Shown here piece by piece: positions 40,268 through 50,552 of a DNA stretch of 64,000 nucleotides (positions within the stretch are counted from its first letter, which is position 1; each line of letters begins with the position of its first letter). This DNA is from an uncultured Acidobacteriota bacterium (GTDB lineage Bacteria; Acidobacteriota; UBA6911). The stretch is taken from assembly GCA_963827655.1 (NCBI GenBank), contig CAWHCF010000014.1, positions 1 to 64,000 of the forward strand. The letters run 5' to 3'. The translations under genes and the position numbers were made by a program. The notes beneath the pieces were generated by a model. The model had not been told where the DNA came from. It worked only from the letters and a program-made list of their open reading frames with translations, and did no database searches.

Positions 40268-41215
40268 CTAGCGCGAATTCATCAGGGTAGTAGCCACGCG
40301 GACGGCTTGCTCGGCCTCGGGCGGACCGAGCACTTCCGGATGGAGTATGCGAGCGAGTATTTCCGCGCCATCGACCACTCTCGGCCCGGGACGGCTGAAG
40401 TAAGCCGAGGCATCCGTCGCCCACACCTGTCCATTGCGCACCGCAGGAAGATCTTCCCACCCGTCAGGCAGCCGCGACCGGGGTAACGCGCGAAGAATAT
40501 CCTCTTTGTAGTAACCGCAAGGAATCAGAACAATGACTTCCGGCGCGTAGCTCCGAATCTCTTCTGCGGTCGTGGTCACGGACGGCTGGCCGGCGCGCCC
40601 GAACGCCTCGTCTCCTCCGGCGATTGCCACCTGTTCGGGAACCCAGTGCCCCGGCGCGAAAGGGGGCTCGAGCCACTCGAGCATCAATGTCCGCGGTCGA
40701 TGCTCGATCTCCTGGAGCGCGCCGGCAAGCGCTTCGAGCCGCGCGTTCAGTTGCGCCACCAGGCCGGCAGCCTTCTCCGGCCGGCCGGTCACCTTTCCCA
40801 CAGTCTTGATGTTCTCCAGAATATCACCGACGGTATTGGGCTCGAGGGACAATACCTGGACCTCCCCTTCCAGAAGCCTGGCCGCCCGCTGAACCGTCTT
40901 GTAGCTGACGGCGCAAACATCGCAAAGTTCCTGGGTGAGTAGCAGGTCAGGTTTGAGACGGCGCAGCTGTTCCTCGTCGAGGTCGTATATGGAACCATGG
41001 CCATCCAGCTGGGTCCGGACGGCATGATCGATCTGGGCGCTCGTCATGGTCTCGTGGGAGATCCGGCTCGCGGTCAATCTCGGTTTACTCTGAACCAGCG
41101 GCGGATAATCGCATTCGTGCGTTATGCCGACGAGAGAGTCTTCGAGGCCAAGCGCGCACACTATTTCCGTGCACGAAGGGAGTAGCGAAACTATGCGCGG
41201 CGCCTCTCTGGTCAT
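40268..41215 (-). CDS. Cobalamin/Fe-siderophore-binding (BtuF-like) protein without signal peptide
   Basis: RIVSLLPSCTEIVCALG, GITHECDYP, LKPDLLLTQ.LC.VCAV, YFSRPGPR. Confidence 0.85.
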   Translation of the reverse strand: MTREAPRIVSLLPSCTEIVCALGLEDSLVGITHECDYPPLVQSKPRLTASRISHETMTSAQIDHAVRTQLDGHGSIYDLDEEQLRRLKPDLLLTQELCDVCAVSYKTVQRAARLLEGEVQVLSLEPNTVGDILENIKTVGKVTGRPEKAAGLVAQLNARLEALAGALQEIEHRPRTLMLEWLEPPFAPGHWVPEQVAIAGGDEAFGRAGQPSVTTTAEEIRSYAPEVIVLIPCGYYKEDILRALPRSRLPDGWEDLPAVRNGQVWATDASAYFSRPGPRVVDGAEILARILHPEVLGPPEAEQAVRVATTLMNSR

Positions 41216-41230
41216 ATTTCTTCCAGTGTG

Positions 41231-41260
41231 GGTTTCTTCGTGTCTTTGAGTCCTGGTGGT
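41231..41260 (-). repeat. Octamer tandem repeat half-site
   Basis: CTTCGTGT-CTTTGAGT-CCTGGTGG-T. Confidence 0.7.
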
Positions 41261-41267
41261 ACTTGTT

Positions 41268-42728
41268 TTATCGTTCGTATGATTCGCGAAAGGCGCTTTC
41301 CGACAGAGGAATCAGGTAGCGCAGCGGATCGTGGACCATTCGTGTTCGCACCTCGCACAGGGCCTTGCCGCCCGCGTAGCTGACCGCGGAAGCAAGATGA
41401 CCGCGAATGCGGCGCAGGACGTCTACCACACTTCCTTTGTAGGGTACCTGCATCTCCTGACCTTCCGCAGGTGTTGACAGAAGCTCTTCCAGGCCTTGCG
41501 AATCCTCGGCGTCATATAGAGCCTCGAGCACTGCTTCCGGAGAGGTCATTCCGCGATAGAGCTTCTTTTTTTGTCCGGTGACTGGATCGATGATGATGTG
41601 TCCCGGCGCTTCATCCGTCCCGGACAGCATGCCCCCCAGCATCACGGACGAGGCGCCGCATGCAATCGCAAGAAAAAGATCCTTGTCGTTCTTAATCCCG
41701 CCATCGGAAATGATCGGTATATCGTCGCCTATGGCGCACCACACCTCTCGCACCGCCTGCAACTGGGGAATTCCGCATCCCGTCTCGAGACGGGTCCTGC
41801 ACCCGCGGCCGGGACCGATCCCAACTTTGATCCCATCCACACCCAGCTCCTTCAAGAATAGCGCCCCCTCGGCCGTTCCCACATTCCCCGCAATCAGCTC
41901 CGCGTCGGAGAATCGGTTACGGAATGCCTTCACCGCCTCGGCCATAACCTCGGAGTGGCCGTGGGCTATATCGATGACCAGTATATCTACCCCGGCCTGG
42001 ATCAGTTGCGCAGCCCGGTCGAGGAAATCGCCACGCGCCCCGATAGCCGCCCCTACCAGCAGGCGCCCCTTTTTGTCTTTGCTCGAGTACGGCCGCTGTC
42101 GTGAGAGGATCAGATCCTTTTTCGTGATCAATCCGCGAATGGTCCGATCCTTGTCGATGAGAGGAAGTTTCTCGATTCGCTTCTCGAACAGGATGCGTTC
42201 GGCCTCCGACGTGCTGATGTCCGGCGACCCGGTCGCCAGCCGGTCAACCGGAGTCATCAATTCCTCGACCTTCCGATCCTCTTGTCCGTCCGACCACGGC
42301 ATGTCGCGATTGGAAAGCAATCCAGCCAGCCGGTAACTCCCGGGAGTTTCCTCGATCAGAATGCCGGTAATGTTGTGCTGACGTGTAAAGAGGCGGGCCT
42401 CGTGAAGCGTAGCGGTGCGGGGCAGACAGAGAGGTTTCTCAACGATGTAACCGTAGCTGCGCTTGACCTGGCTCACCTCCTTTGCCTGCTCGGCAATGGT
42501 CATCCCCCGGTGAATCATGCCGACTCCCCCTTCCAGTGCCAGGGTCTTTGCCATCGCAGCGCCGGTGACACTATCCATGTTCGCCGACACGACCGGCAGT
42601 GAGATGTTGAGTTCACGGGACAAACGGCTGTTTAGATCGACTTGTTTCCGGCTTCGCACCACGCCGCACTGCGGCCGGAACAAGAAATCGTCAAAGGTTT
42701 TGCCCAGGAATTCCGCTTCCATCTTCAT
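41268..42728 (-). CDS. IMP dehydrogenase/GMP reductase-family protein with CBS pair, divergent active-site loop
   Basis: TFDDFLF.P, SANMDSVT, IDIAHGHS, AGNVGT, KVGIGPGRGCRTR, SDGGI, YRGMTS. Confidence 0.85.
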   Translation of the reverse strand: MKMEAEFLGKTFDDFLFRPQCGVVRSRKQVDLNSRLSRELNISLPVVSANMDSVTGAAMAKTLALEGGVGMIHRGMTIAEQAKEVSQVKRSYGYIVEKPLCLPRTATLHEARLFTRQHNITGILIEETPGSYRLAGLLSNRDMPWSDGQEDRKVEELMTPVDRLATGSPDISTSEAERILFEKRIEKLPLIDKDRTIRGLITKKDLILSRQRPYSSKDKKGRLLVGAAIGARGDFLDRAAQLIQAGVDILVIDIAHGHSEVMAEAVKAFRNRFSDAELIAGNVGTAEGALFLKELGVDGIKVGIGPGRGCRTRLETGCGIPQLQAVREVWCAIGDDIPIISDGGIKNDKDLFLAIACGASSVMLGGMLSGTDEAPGHIIIDPVTGQKKKLYRGMTSPEAVLEALYDAEDSQGLEELLSTPAEGQEMQVPYKGSVVDVLRRIRGHLASAVSYAGGKALCEVRTRMVHDPLRYLIPLSESAFRESYER

Positions 42729-42837
42729 GCGCGCTTGATTATCACCGTTAACGCAGCAAGACGCGAAGAAAATTGTTTGCAAGTCCTCCGGATTCCTGCG
42801 TCATCCATCCAGTTAAACACGAAACCAGGAGGACCCT

Positions 42838-44089
42838 ATGCATCTAAGGATCATTTTATCTTCAACAGGCGCTGCGATCTTGAGCACGCTCCTGTTTGCA
42901 GGAACTCAAAGGAGTGAACAGCCGGCTCCCTGGGCGCCGGCAGTTCGACCGCAACCAGTTAGCGAAAGCATTCGACGAGGGCTTGACTGGCTCGTCCGCA
43001 CCCAGCACGAAAACGGCGGCTGGAGCCAGGGGGAGGAGTCTATCGGGATGCGCAACAGCATGATTTATCTGAGAGACAAGCCTAATGTTGCCGACACGTG
43101 CATGGCGACTCTCGCGCTCATGCGCGCCGGCTCGACTCCGTCGCAAGGTGAATACGGCCGGGCCATCCGCCGGGCACTCGACTTTCTCTCCGCGGAGGTA
43201 GAGAATTCCGACCCAATGTCGCTTTACGTCACAAATGTCCGTGATACACGCGTGCAGAGCAAGCTCGGGCCCTATATCGACACCTTCCTCACCGCTCTGG
43301 TGCTGGCCGAATCGAAGGGCAGGATGCCCGATGAAACTGGAAACAAGCGAATCGCGGCGTCTCTCAATAAGGTGATCGACAAGATCGAAAGGAACCAGCA
43401 GGCCGATGGCACCTGGGACAAGCGCGGCTGGGCGCCGGTTCTTTCGCAATCGATGGCTGCGAAAGCCTTGAATCGCGCAGCGCAGGCAGGAGTCCCGGTC
43501 AGCGAAGAGATTCGAGCGAAAGCCGAGCTCTATGCGCGCCGGCAGTTCGATGGCAAGTCAGGCCGCTTCACTGAAGCGGGATCCGCCGGCGTGCCGCTGT
43601 ACTCGAGCGCCGCCAGTCTTGGAGCCATGCAGGACTCGGAGAACACAAACCGGGAGCGCGAGCGCGAAATTCTTAAGCAGCTCCACGACGCCCGAAGCGA
43701 AGAGGAACGGCAGTCGGCCCAACGGGCTCTCGCCGGCATCGCCGGAAACAGGAAAGATCTGGCGGATGCCCGGACTGCCGTGGCTCAGAAAATCGGAGAC
43801 CAGCGCTTCGTCCAGGGATTCGGCTCCAATGGCGGAGAGGAGTTTCTCAGTTACATGAGTATCGGAGAAAGTCTGGTGGCTCAAGGGGGAGAAGAATGGG
43901 AGAAGTGGAACACGTCGTATTACTCAGAATCTTAGCCGCATTCAGAATCAGGACGGCAGCTGGACCGGCCACCACTGCATCACGGGCCGGAATTTCTGCA
44001 CCGCGGCGGCACTCCTGGTCCTGACCGTCGACCGGACCGCTGCTCCCCTTGGCGGACGGACTCAGAGCCGGCCGACAGCAAACCGTTGA
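42838..44089 (+). CDS. Secreted prenyltransferase/squalene-oxidase-repeat (alpha/alpha toroid) protein (frameshift near 43918)
   Basis: GLDWLVRTQHENGGW and QQADGTW repeats; after removing one base it continues QNLSRIQNQDGSWTGHHCITGRNFCT to TGA 44087-44089. Confidence 0.75.
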
Positions 44090-44121
44090 TCGGGAATTCA
44101 AGCACACAACGCCGCGCGCCC

Positions 44122-45351
44122 ATGCACAGACGTAACTTTATCGCGCTCGCGACGCTCGGCATCACTGAGACGGCTTGCAGGCTGCGCCGCGACCCTTCCG
44201 GGCTCGCGGCGCGGGCCGACCAGGCGCTGGCGGCTGCAGCCCGATTCCTGATCTCGAATCAATCGCCCGACGGGTCGTGGCGCTCGAGCGTCTATGGAGA
44301 TTTACGCGACGGTCTCTCACTCACGCCACCGATCCTGAAGTGCCTCTTCTACAGCCCGGATTTCAACCACCAGGTTCGAAGTTCCTTCGGAAAGGGATTC
44401 GACTACCTGGTGCAAAGCGCAGAGGACGGCGCACCTGGCTCAGGCGCGAACCTGCTGCATCCGGTCTACACAGCATCGCTCTCATCGGTCGTAATCGGCT
44501 CCGCCAGCCGCGAGCCGAAGCACCTCAAGGCACAGACCGCCTGGCTTGACTGTCTGCTGCGATACAGGTTCAGCCGCGGCCTCGGATGGGAGCCGGGCGA
44601 CGGACCCTTCGGCGGGTGGGGCTATACCTCCCGCATTCCGGAAAAACCGAGGGGAGCAGAATCGCCTTATGAAGCCAATATCTCGGCGACCATCTTCGGC
44701 ATCGGCGCGCTGCGCCAGGCGGGAGTTCCGCCGTCTGATCCCGTATATCAGGAGATTCTGAGTTTCGTGAAACGCGCGCAGAATTTCGCCGATGCTGGAC
44801 GCGGCCGCGATTCACGCTTCGACGACGGCGGGTTCTTTTTTACCCCCTGCGACCCCCCGCGCAACAAGGCCGGCAGCGCGGGCACAGACAGGTCGGGCCG
44901 GGAACGCTACAATTCCTACGGGAGTGCGACGGCAGATGGGTTGCGGGCCCTGCTGCGCTGCGGGCTGCCGCGCGATGACCCGAGGGTACAAGCCGCCTAC
45001 CAGTGGTTGGCGAATCATTTCAGCGTCAGTAGCAACCCGGGAGCTTTTCCGAGCCAGCGGGAGGTCCTGCGCAATGCGACCTATTTCTACTACTGCTGGT
45101 CACTCGCGCACGCTCTTACGGCTATGGGTGTCGAGGAAGTGCGAACCGAGGAGGGATCCCTTAGATGGGCTGAAGTTCTGGCCGAAGAACTCATTCGACG
45201 TCAACAGAACGACGGCTTGTGGATAAACCGGTTTACCGATGCCAAGGAAGACGACCCTTTCGTGGCCACTTCCCTGGCTGCCGCCGCCCTCACTCACTGC
45301 CATTGGACGCTGAGCGGAGAAAGAAAGCCTCCATCCCGCTCGGGGTCTTAA
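44122..45351 (+). CDS. Prenyltransferase/squalene-oxidase-repeat protein with Tat-like signal
   Basis: MHRRNFIAL; FLISNQSPDGSW, GGWGY, DDGGFFF, RQQNDGLW repeats. Confidence 0.75.
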   Translation: MHRRNFIALATLGITETACRLRRDPSGLAARADQALAAAARFLISNQSPDGSWRSSVYGDLRDGLSLTPPILKCLFYSPDFNHQVRSSFGKGFDYLVQSAEDGAPGSGANLLHPVYTASLSSVVIGSASREPKHLKAQTAWLDCLLRYRFSRGLGWEPGDGPFGGWGYTSRIPEKPRGAESPYEANISATIFGIGALRQAGVPPSDPVYQEILSFVKRAQNFADAGRGRDSRFDDGGFFFTPCDPPRNKAGSAGTDRSGRERYNSYGSATADGLRALLRCGLPRDDPRVQAAYQWLANHFSVSSNPGAFPSQREVLRNATYFYYCWSLAHALTAMGVEEVRTEEGSLRWAEVLAEELIRRQQNDGLWINRFTDAKEDDPFVATSLAAAALTHCHWTLSGERKPPSRSGS

Positions 45352-45423
45352 CCACGAAGACGCCAGGACGCGAAGAAGAGCACGGTTCTTGGTGTTTCTT
45401 CTGTGTCTTCGTGTCCTGGTGGT
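45351..45423. repeat. Octamer tandem-repeat inverted hairpin
   Basis: A-CCACGAAG-ACGCCAGG-ACGCGAAG ... CTTCGTGT-CCTGGTGG-T. Confidence 0.8.
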
Positions 45424-45510
45424 ATTTTCGGCGCTAAACAAAGATCGAAGACGCAGCACTCGGTCAGACAGAACTACACTTTGAGGCCGATTTGATATTA
45501 ACTTAGTTCC

Positions 45511-46429
45511 GTGCGCGACAAGATTTACCTGGCCAGCTTCCTTCTGGGAGCGGGGGTCCTCTTATTCGTGGGGCGCGACCTGTTGCCGGCGTCCGTGCTG
45601 GTAACCTGGGGCCTCACGTTCGGAGGCACGACCTCGGTAGGGATCCTCCTGGTCGTCCTGTATCGGTTCCGGCTGGAACTACAGGCAAGCCGCCACGAGC
45701 TGGCGCGAACGGAAGCCGAGCTTAACTTCGCTCTCGGGGTGCAAAAAGCCCTATTCCCGCGCCACTTTCCCGACGGCGGCCTGGAGTTTGCCGCCGTCTG
45801 CATTCCGGCCCGGGGGGTTTCCGGGGATTATTACGACGTTCTTCAACTCCCCGACGGCCGTTTGATTATTGCCATCGCCGACATCAGCGGAAAGGGAATC
45901 CCTGCAGCAATCTTGATGGCTAACCTGCAAGCGCTGCTTCGAGCGCTGTCCAGCATCGGCGATTCGCCGGCCGATGTTTGCCGAAGGCTGAATCAGCATC
46001 TCAACCAGGTCATGGACGAATCCAGATTCGCGACCTTCTTCTATGCCGAATGGAAACCTGACGAACGGCGGCTGCGCTACGTCAATGCCGGCCATAACCC
46101 GCCGATCCTCCTCGACTCGGGCCCGCCCCGGCGGCTCAAAGAAGGCGGCATACCTCTTGGAATCTTTCCCGGTTCCGAATTCGAGATGGGCGAGGTACGT
46201 CTTAAGCCGAGCGATCTCCTGGTTCTCTATTCGGACGGCATCACCGAAGCCAAAGAAAACAGTGGCGAGGAGTTTGGAGACCAGCGTCTCGAGAACCTGA
46301 TTACGGCCAACCAAGAAAAACCTCTGCCGGAAATCCAGAGCCCAGATCCTGGAAGCCGTACGCGAATGGTCAGGGCAGGAAGTGGAGGATGACATGACAC
46401 TGGTCCTGGTGAGAGCCAAAGAGGATTGA
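45511..46429 (+). CDS. Membrane-anchored PP2C/SpoIIE (RsbU-like) phosphatase (frameshift near 46341)
   Basis: VSGDYYD, IADISGKG, YVNAGH, LYSDGITEA; final DDMTL motif is in the shifted frame ending TGA 46427-46429. Confidence 0.85.
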
Positions 46430-46503
46430 CGATTTACGATTGACGATTGACGATTGATTCGAATCGAGATCGAGTCAATCGTCAATCGTCAATCGTAAAT
46501 CGA
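46424..46503. repeat. Inverted heptamer tandem-repeat hairpin (GATTGAC)n ... (GTCAATC)n
   Basis: Arms 46424-46456 and 46474-46503; first unit supplies the corrected stop codon of the PP2C gene. Confidence 0.87.
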
Positions 46504-46516
46504 AAGTGGGGCGCAC

Positions 46517-47002
46517 ATGAGAATTGGCAGACGTGGATTACTGGACCACCTGCGGTTGCTCGGTCCACTCTTCGCCCTGATCGGGGCGGTGTGGGCGCTT
46601 CGCATGATTCTCTCCGCGGCCGGAGCGACCGGCTGGCTCTTAGGGATTGTGAGCATGACGGCTGCGACCGCGGTGTGTGTCGTGTTGGCGGCATTTCTCA
46701 TCCACATTCGCAGATTCGGAAGCTATGCCAGCGTCGTCGCAGCCAGCCTGTTGTTGAGCGCCTGGGGGCAGCTCCTGATCATTGTATCAATTGTCTTCTC
46801 GGTGCTGACCGGCCAGGAAAATATTTACACTGCGCCCGAATTCTCCATTCCGGGAGATGACCCTCTTCATCTTCGGCATATCGTCGGCCATCTTATAGTG
46901 AGTGTACCGATCGGGACGCTGGTCGGCGCCGTCGAGGGCTGTGTTGTATTGTGGCTATTGCGCATTGTAATGCCGGCGCGCCCGCGTCTCAAACACGGAT
47001 AA
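46517..47002 (+). CDS. Hypothetical four-TM membrane protein
   Basis: Four hydrophobic segments; co-oriented with neighbours. Confidence 0.65.
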   Translation: MRIGRRGLLDHLRLLGPLFALIGAVWALRMILSAAGATGWLLGIVSMTAATAVCVVLAAFLIHIRRFGSYASVVAASLLLSAWGQLLIIVSIVFSVLTGQENIYTAPEFSIPGDDPLHLRHIVGHLIVSVPIGTLVGAVEGCVVLWLLRIVMPARPRLKHG

Positions 47003-47135
47003 CCGGGAGCTGGGAGCGCGGTGAGATCTGGAGGCGTCCAGGTTCTATCGACGCAATCCAGCCGGGCTCGATCCAAAAACCTCCGACTTTCCGCGCCCGA
47101 CTCTCGTCTAACCGTATTCCGGTCAGGAGCTGCCG

Positions 47136-49592
47136 ATGGAAACTCTCGTGAGCGATCTCAAGCACGCCTTCCGCATGCTGCGGCACACCCCCGCATTCAC
47201 CGCCGCCGCTATCTCGGCGCTCGCCTTCGGCATCGGCGCCAACAGCGCCATCTTCTCGGTCGTCAACACGGTGCTCCTGAAACCCTTGCCCTTTCCCGAG
47301 CCGGACCGCATCGTCCAGCTCATGAACAAGTCCCCGCAGGGCACGTTTCCCGGCGCGTCAGTCCCGAAATACAACGTCTGGCGCGCCCAGAATCAGGTCA
47401 TCGAAGACGTCGCCGCCTATGACACCGGCGGTCCCGGCATTAACATCGCGGGCGGCGACCGTCCCGAACAGGTCAATGGCATTCATGTCTCGCACGAGTT
47501 CTTCCGGCTCTTCGGCGCTCCGGTTCTCTTCGGCCGGACCTTCTCCCCCGACGAGGACCGGCCCCGCGGCGACCGCGCGGTCGTGCTCTCGAACGGCCTC
47601 TGGCAGCGCCGCTTCGGCTCGGATCCCTCCATCCTTGGCAAAGCCATTGCCCTCGGCGGCGAGTCCCACACCATCGTCGGCGTCCTCGGTCCCGGCTTCG
47701 CCTTCGACCCTCCCCCCGATCTCTACCTTCCCTTCCAGGCCGACCCTAACAGCAACCAGCAAGCCCACTACTTCCGCGTTGCCGCGCGCTTGAAGAACGG
47801 CGTGAGCCTCGAGACCGCCCGGGCCGCGCTCCATCTCGCCGCCGAAGAATTCAAGCGCAGACACCCCGGACTCCTCGGACCCGACAACAGCTTCTCAGTC
47901 GATCCAATGCAGGAAGTCATTGTTCGCAACGTCCGGACCGCGCTCTTCGTCCTGCTTGGCGCCGTCGGCTTCGTCCTGCTGATCGCCTGCGCCAATGTGG
48001 CCAACCTGCTTCTTGCCCGCGCCTCCGTGCGCTCGCGCGAGATCGCCATCCGCGCCGCCCTCGGCGCCGGTCGTGGGCGCATCGTGCGCCAGCTTCTAAC
48101 CGAGAGTGTGCTGCTCGCCATGATCGGCGGCCTGCTTGGCCTGGCTCTCGGCGCGGTCGGAGTACGCGCGCTGCTGGCTCTGAATTCCGCCAACCTGCCG
48201 CGCATCGGCATCGACGGATCCGCCGTAACCCTCGACTGGATTGTGCTTGCCTTCACTCTTTTCCTCTCTCTCGGGACTGGCATCCTGTTCGGCCTCGTCC
48301 CCGCCCTTTACGCCTCGCGCGCCGACCTCAACGGGCCGCTCAAGGAAAGCGGCGCCCGGTCGGGCTCCAGCATCCGCCAGAACAAGGCGCGCAGCCTGCT
48401 TGTCGTCGCCGAAATGGCCCTCGCCATCGTGCTTCTCACCGGCGCCGGCCTGCTCATTCGCACGTTCGCCGCCCTCCACACGGTGGCTCCGGGTTTTGAA
48501 GCTCGCAACGTCATCACGCTGCAGACGTCTCTGACCGGGAGCCGATTCGACAACACTGCCGCCATTGCCGATCTCGCCCGGCGAGGCATCGAACGAATCG
48601 AAGCCCTCCCCGGCGCGCAGGCCGCTGCTGCCGCCTGCTATCTTCCCCTGGAAGGCGGTCTCGGACTCCCCTTCATCATCGAAGGCCGTCCCCTGGCCAA
48701 CGCTCCCGCGCACGGTGGGGCCGGTTGGGCCTACGTTACCCACCGTTTCTTCGATGTCTTCAAGGTGGCCATCGTCCGCGGCCGCGGCTTCACCGAACGC
48801 GATGACGCTGCCGCCCCCGGCGTCGTCCTCGTCAACGGAGCCTTTGCCCGCCAGTACTGGCCCAAGGATAACCCGATCGGCCAGCGCCTCATCATCGGCC
48901 CCGGCATGGGTCCCGCCTTCGCCGAACCCTCGCGTGAAATCATCGGCATCGTCGCCGACGCCCGCGACGCCGGTCTCAACAGCAACCCCGTCCCGCAAAT
49001 GTTCGTCCCTCTGGCGCAGGTTCGCGACGCCGTCATGGCCCTGAACAATCGCTTCCTTCCGCTCTCCTGGGTGGTTCGCACCCACGCCGCCCCGCTCTCC
49101 CTCTCCGCTCCCATCCAGCGCGTCTTCCAGGATCTCGCCGACCTCCCGGTCGCCCGAGTCCGCTCGATGGACCAGGTCGTCGCCCAATCCACCTCCCGCA
49201 ATCAGTTCAACACACTTCTGCTCGGCGTCTTCGCCTTTGTCGCCATCCTGCTCGCGTCCATCGGCCTGTACGGCCTGATGGCCTACTCCGTTGAGCAGCG
49301 AACTCTCGAATTCGGCATCCGGCTCGCCCTCGGCGCCGATTCCCAGGCTCTCCGCAACATGATCATGCGCCAGGCTATGAAGCTCGCACTGGCTGGGATT
49401 CTCGTCGGCACGGCAACCGCGCTCGGTCTTACCCGACTTATCGAGACCATGCTGTATGGAGTAAGTCCGAGAGATCCCTTCGTCTTTTCTTCGGTAGCGA
49501 TCCTGCTCGGAGCCGTCGCTCTTCTCGCGAGCTATCTGCCCGCGCGTCGCGTCGTCCGCATCAACCCCATCGTTGCGCTTCGTTATGAATGA
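47136..49592 (+). CDS. ADOP-type duplicated ABC permease
   Basis: METLVSDLKHAFRML, LLIACANVANLLLARA, PARRVVRINPIVALRYE. Confidence 0.92.
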   Translation: METLVSDLKHAFRMLRHTPAFTAAAISALAFGIGANSAIFSVVNTVLLKPLPFPEPDRIVQLMNKSPQGTFPGASVPKYNVWRAQNQVIEDVAAYDTGGPGINIAGGDRPEQVNGIHVSHEFFRLFGAPVLFGRTFSPDEDRPRGDRAVVLSNGLWQRRFGSDPSILGKAIALGGESHTIVGVLGPGFAFDPPPDLYLPFQADPNSNQQAHYFRVAARLKNGVSLETARAALHLAAEEFKRRHPGLLGPDNSFSVDPMQEVIVRNVRTALFVLLGAVGFVLLIACANVANLLLARASVRSREIAIRAALGAGRGRIVRQLLTESVLLAMIGGLLGLALGAVGVRALLALNSANLPRIGIDGSAVTLDWIVLAFTLFLSLGTGILFGLVPALYASRADLNGPLKESGARSGSSIRQNKARSLLVVAEMALAIVLLTGAGLLIRTFAALHTVAPGFEARNVITLQTSLTGSRFDNTAAIADLARRGIERIEALPGAQAAAAACYLPLEGGLGLPFIIEGRPLANAPAHGGAGWAYVTHRFFDVFKVAIVRGRGFTERDDAAAPGVVLVNGAFARQYWPKDNPIGQRLIIGPGMGPAFAEPSREIIGIVADARDAGLNSNPVPQMFVPLAQVRDAVMALNNRFLPLSWVVRTHAAPLSLSAPIQRVFQDLADLPVARVRSMDQVVAQSTSRNQFNTLLLGVFAFVAILLASIGLYGLMAYSVEQRTLEFGIRLALGADSQALRNMIMRQAMKLALAGILVGTATALGLTRLIETMLYGVSPRDPFVFSSVAILLGAVALLASYLPARRVVRINPIVALRYE

Positions 49593-49608
49593 ATTGGTGA
49601 CAAGGCGT

Positions 49609-49635
49609 CCTTTGAGTCTTCGAGTCTTAGTGGTT
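49609..49635 (-). repeat. Octamer tandem repeat half-site
   Basis: CTTTGAGT-CTTCGAGT-CTTAGTGG-TT. Confidence 0.7.
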
Positions 49636-49745
49636 AAGTTTCTGAACCATCCTCTCGCGAAATTGGGGAAAGGGTAGCCTGTCACCAATGAAAAGTGTAT
49701 TATCCAGGGATTGTAAAGGAATGAAGTTCTCAAGAGGAGAGCGGC

Positions 49746-50546
49746 ATGAGGTCGTTACCGGGTGTTCTCTTGATCTTGCTGGGTGCCGGGGCACTAATGG
49801 CCGGAAATGATAATCCAATCAGGGTGCTTCTCTGGTCGGAGCAGACCGAGCCGCGTGAGGTCTACCCGCATGGAATCAGCGGCACCCTCAACGAATACTT
49901 CAAGACCAGTAAAGACATTGACCCTAAGATGGCCACGCTCACGGACCCTGACGCCGGGGTTCCCGACAGCGTATTAAACCAGACCGACGTGGTAATCTGG
50001 TTCGGCCATCGGAAACATCGTGATGTGCCCGATGCGGCCGTCGAACGGATTGTCCGGCACGTGCGGGAGAGAGGGATGGGATTCGTTGCCCTGCATTCTT
50101 CTCACTTCTCGAAACCGCTGAAGGCTCTTTTGAATGCTACGGGAGCATGGAGCTCCTATGTCAATTTCGCGCAGCCCGAGCAGCTTTGGGTCGTCTTGCC
50201 GGGACATCCAATCGCCAGGGGGCTGCAGGATTTTACGATTCCAAGAACCGAGATCTACACCGAGCCTTTTGAGGTTCCCGAGCCCGAAGCAGTCATCCTG
50301 GAGGGGACCTGGTCCTCGGGCCATCGAAGCCGGGAGTGCATGGTCTGGAGCCTCGGCAAAGGACGTCTGGTTTATATTCGAGCCGGACACGAAGAGTATC
50401 CTATATTTTTCATGCCCGAGATGCGCCAGCTGGTGAACAACTCCACCCTGTGGGCGGCCGGAAGAACCAAGGCGCCCAACAATCTCGAGAAACGAAATGC
50501 CGGTCCGGCTGCAACGGCCACCGGGCCTTACAAAAAACCTCAGTGA
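49746..50546 (+). CDS. ThuA-like (trehalose utilization) domain protein, secreted
   Basis: IRVLLWSE, VYP.GI, TDVVIWFGH..H, GMGFVALHSSHFSK, HPIARG, GHEEYP. Confidence 0.85.
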   Translation: MRSLPGVLLILLGAGALMAGNDNPIRVLLWSEQTEPREVYPHGISGTLNEYFKTSKDIDPKMATLTDPDAGVPDSVLNQTDVVIWFGHRKHRDVPDAAVERIVRHVRERGMGFVALHSSHFSKPLKALLNATGAWSSYVNFAQPEQLWVVLPGHPIARGLQDFTIPRTEIYTEPFEVPEPEAVILEGTWSSGHRSRECMVWSLGKGRLVYIRAGHEEYPIFFMPEMRQLVNNSTLWAAGRTKAPNNLEKRNAGPAATATGPYKKPQ

Positions 50547-50552
50547 AACACG

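Noticed and set aside
48096-49733. Long antisense ORFs (also 3363..4601, 8700..9902, 19547..20734, 32904..33905)
   Set aside because: They shadow well-supported genes on the opposite strand, as expected from high-GC codon bias, and show no recognisable motifs.
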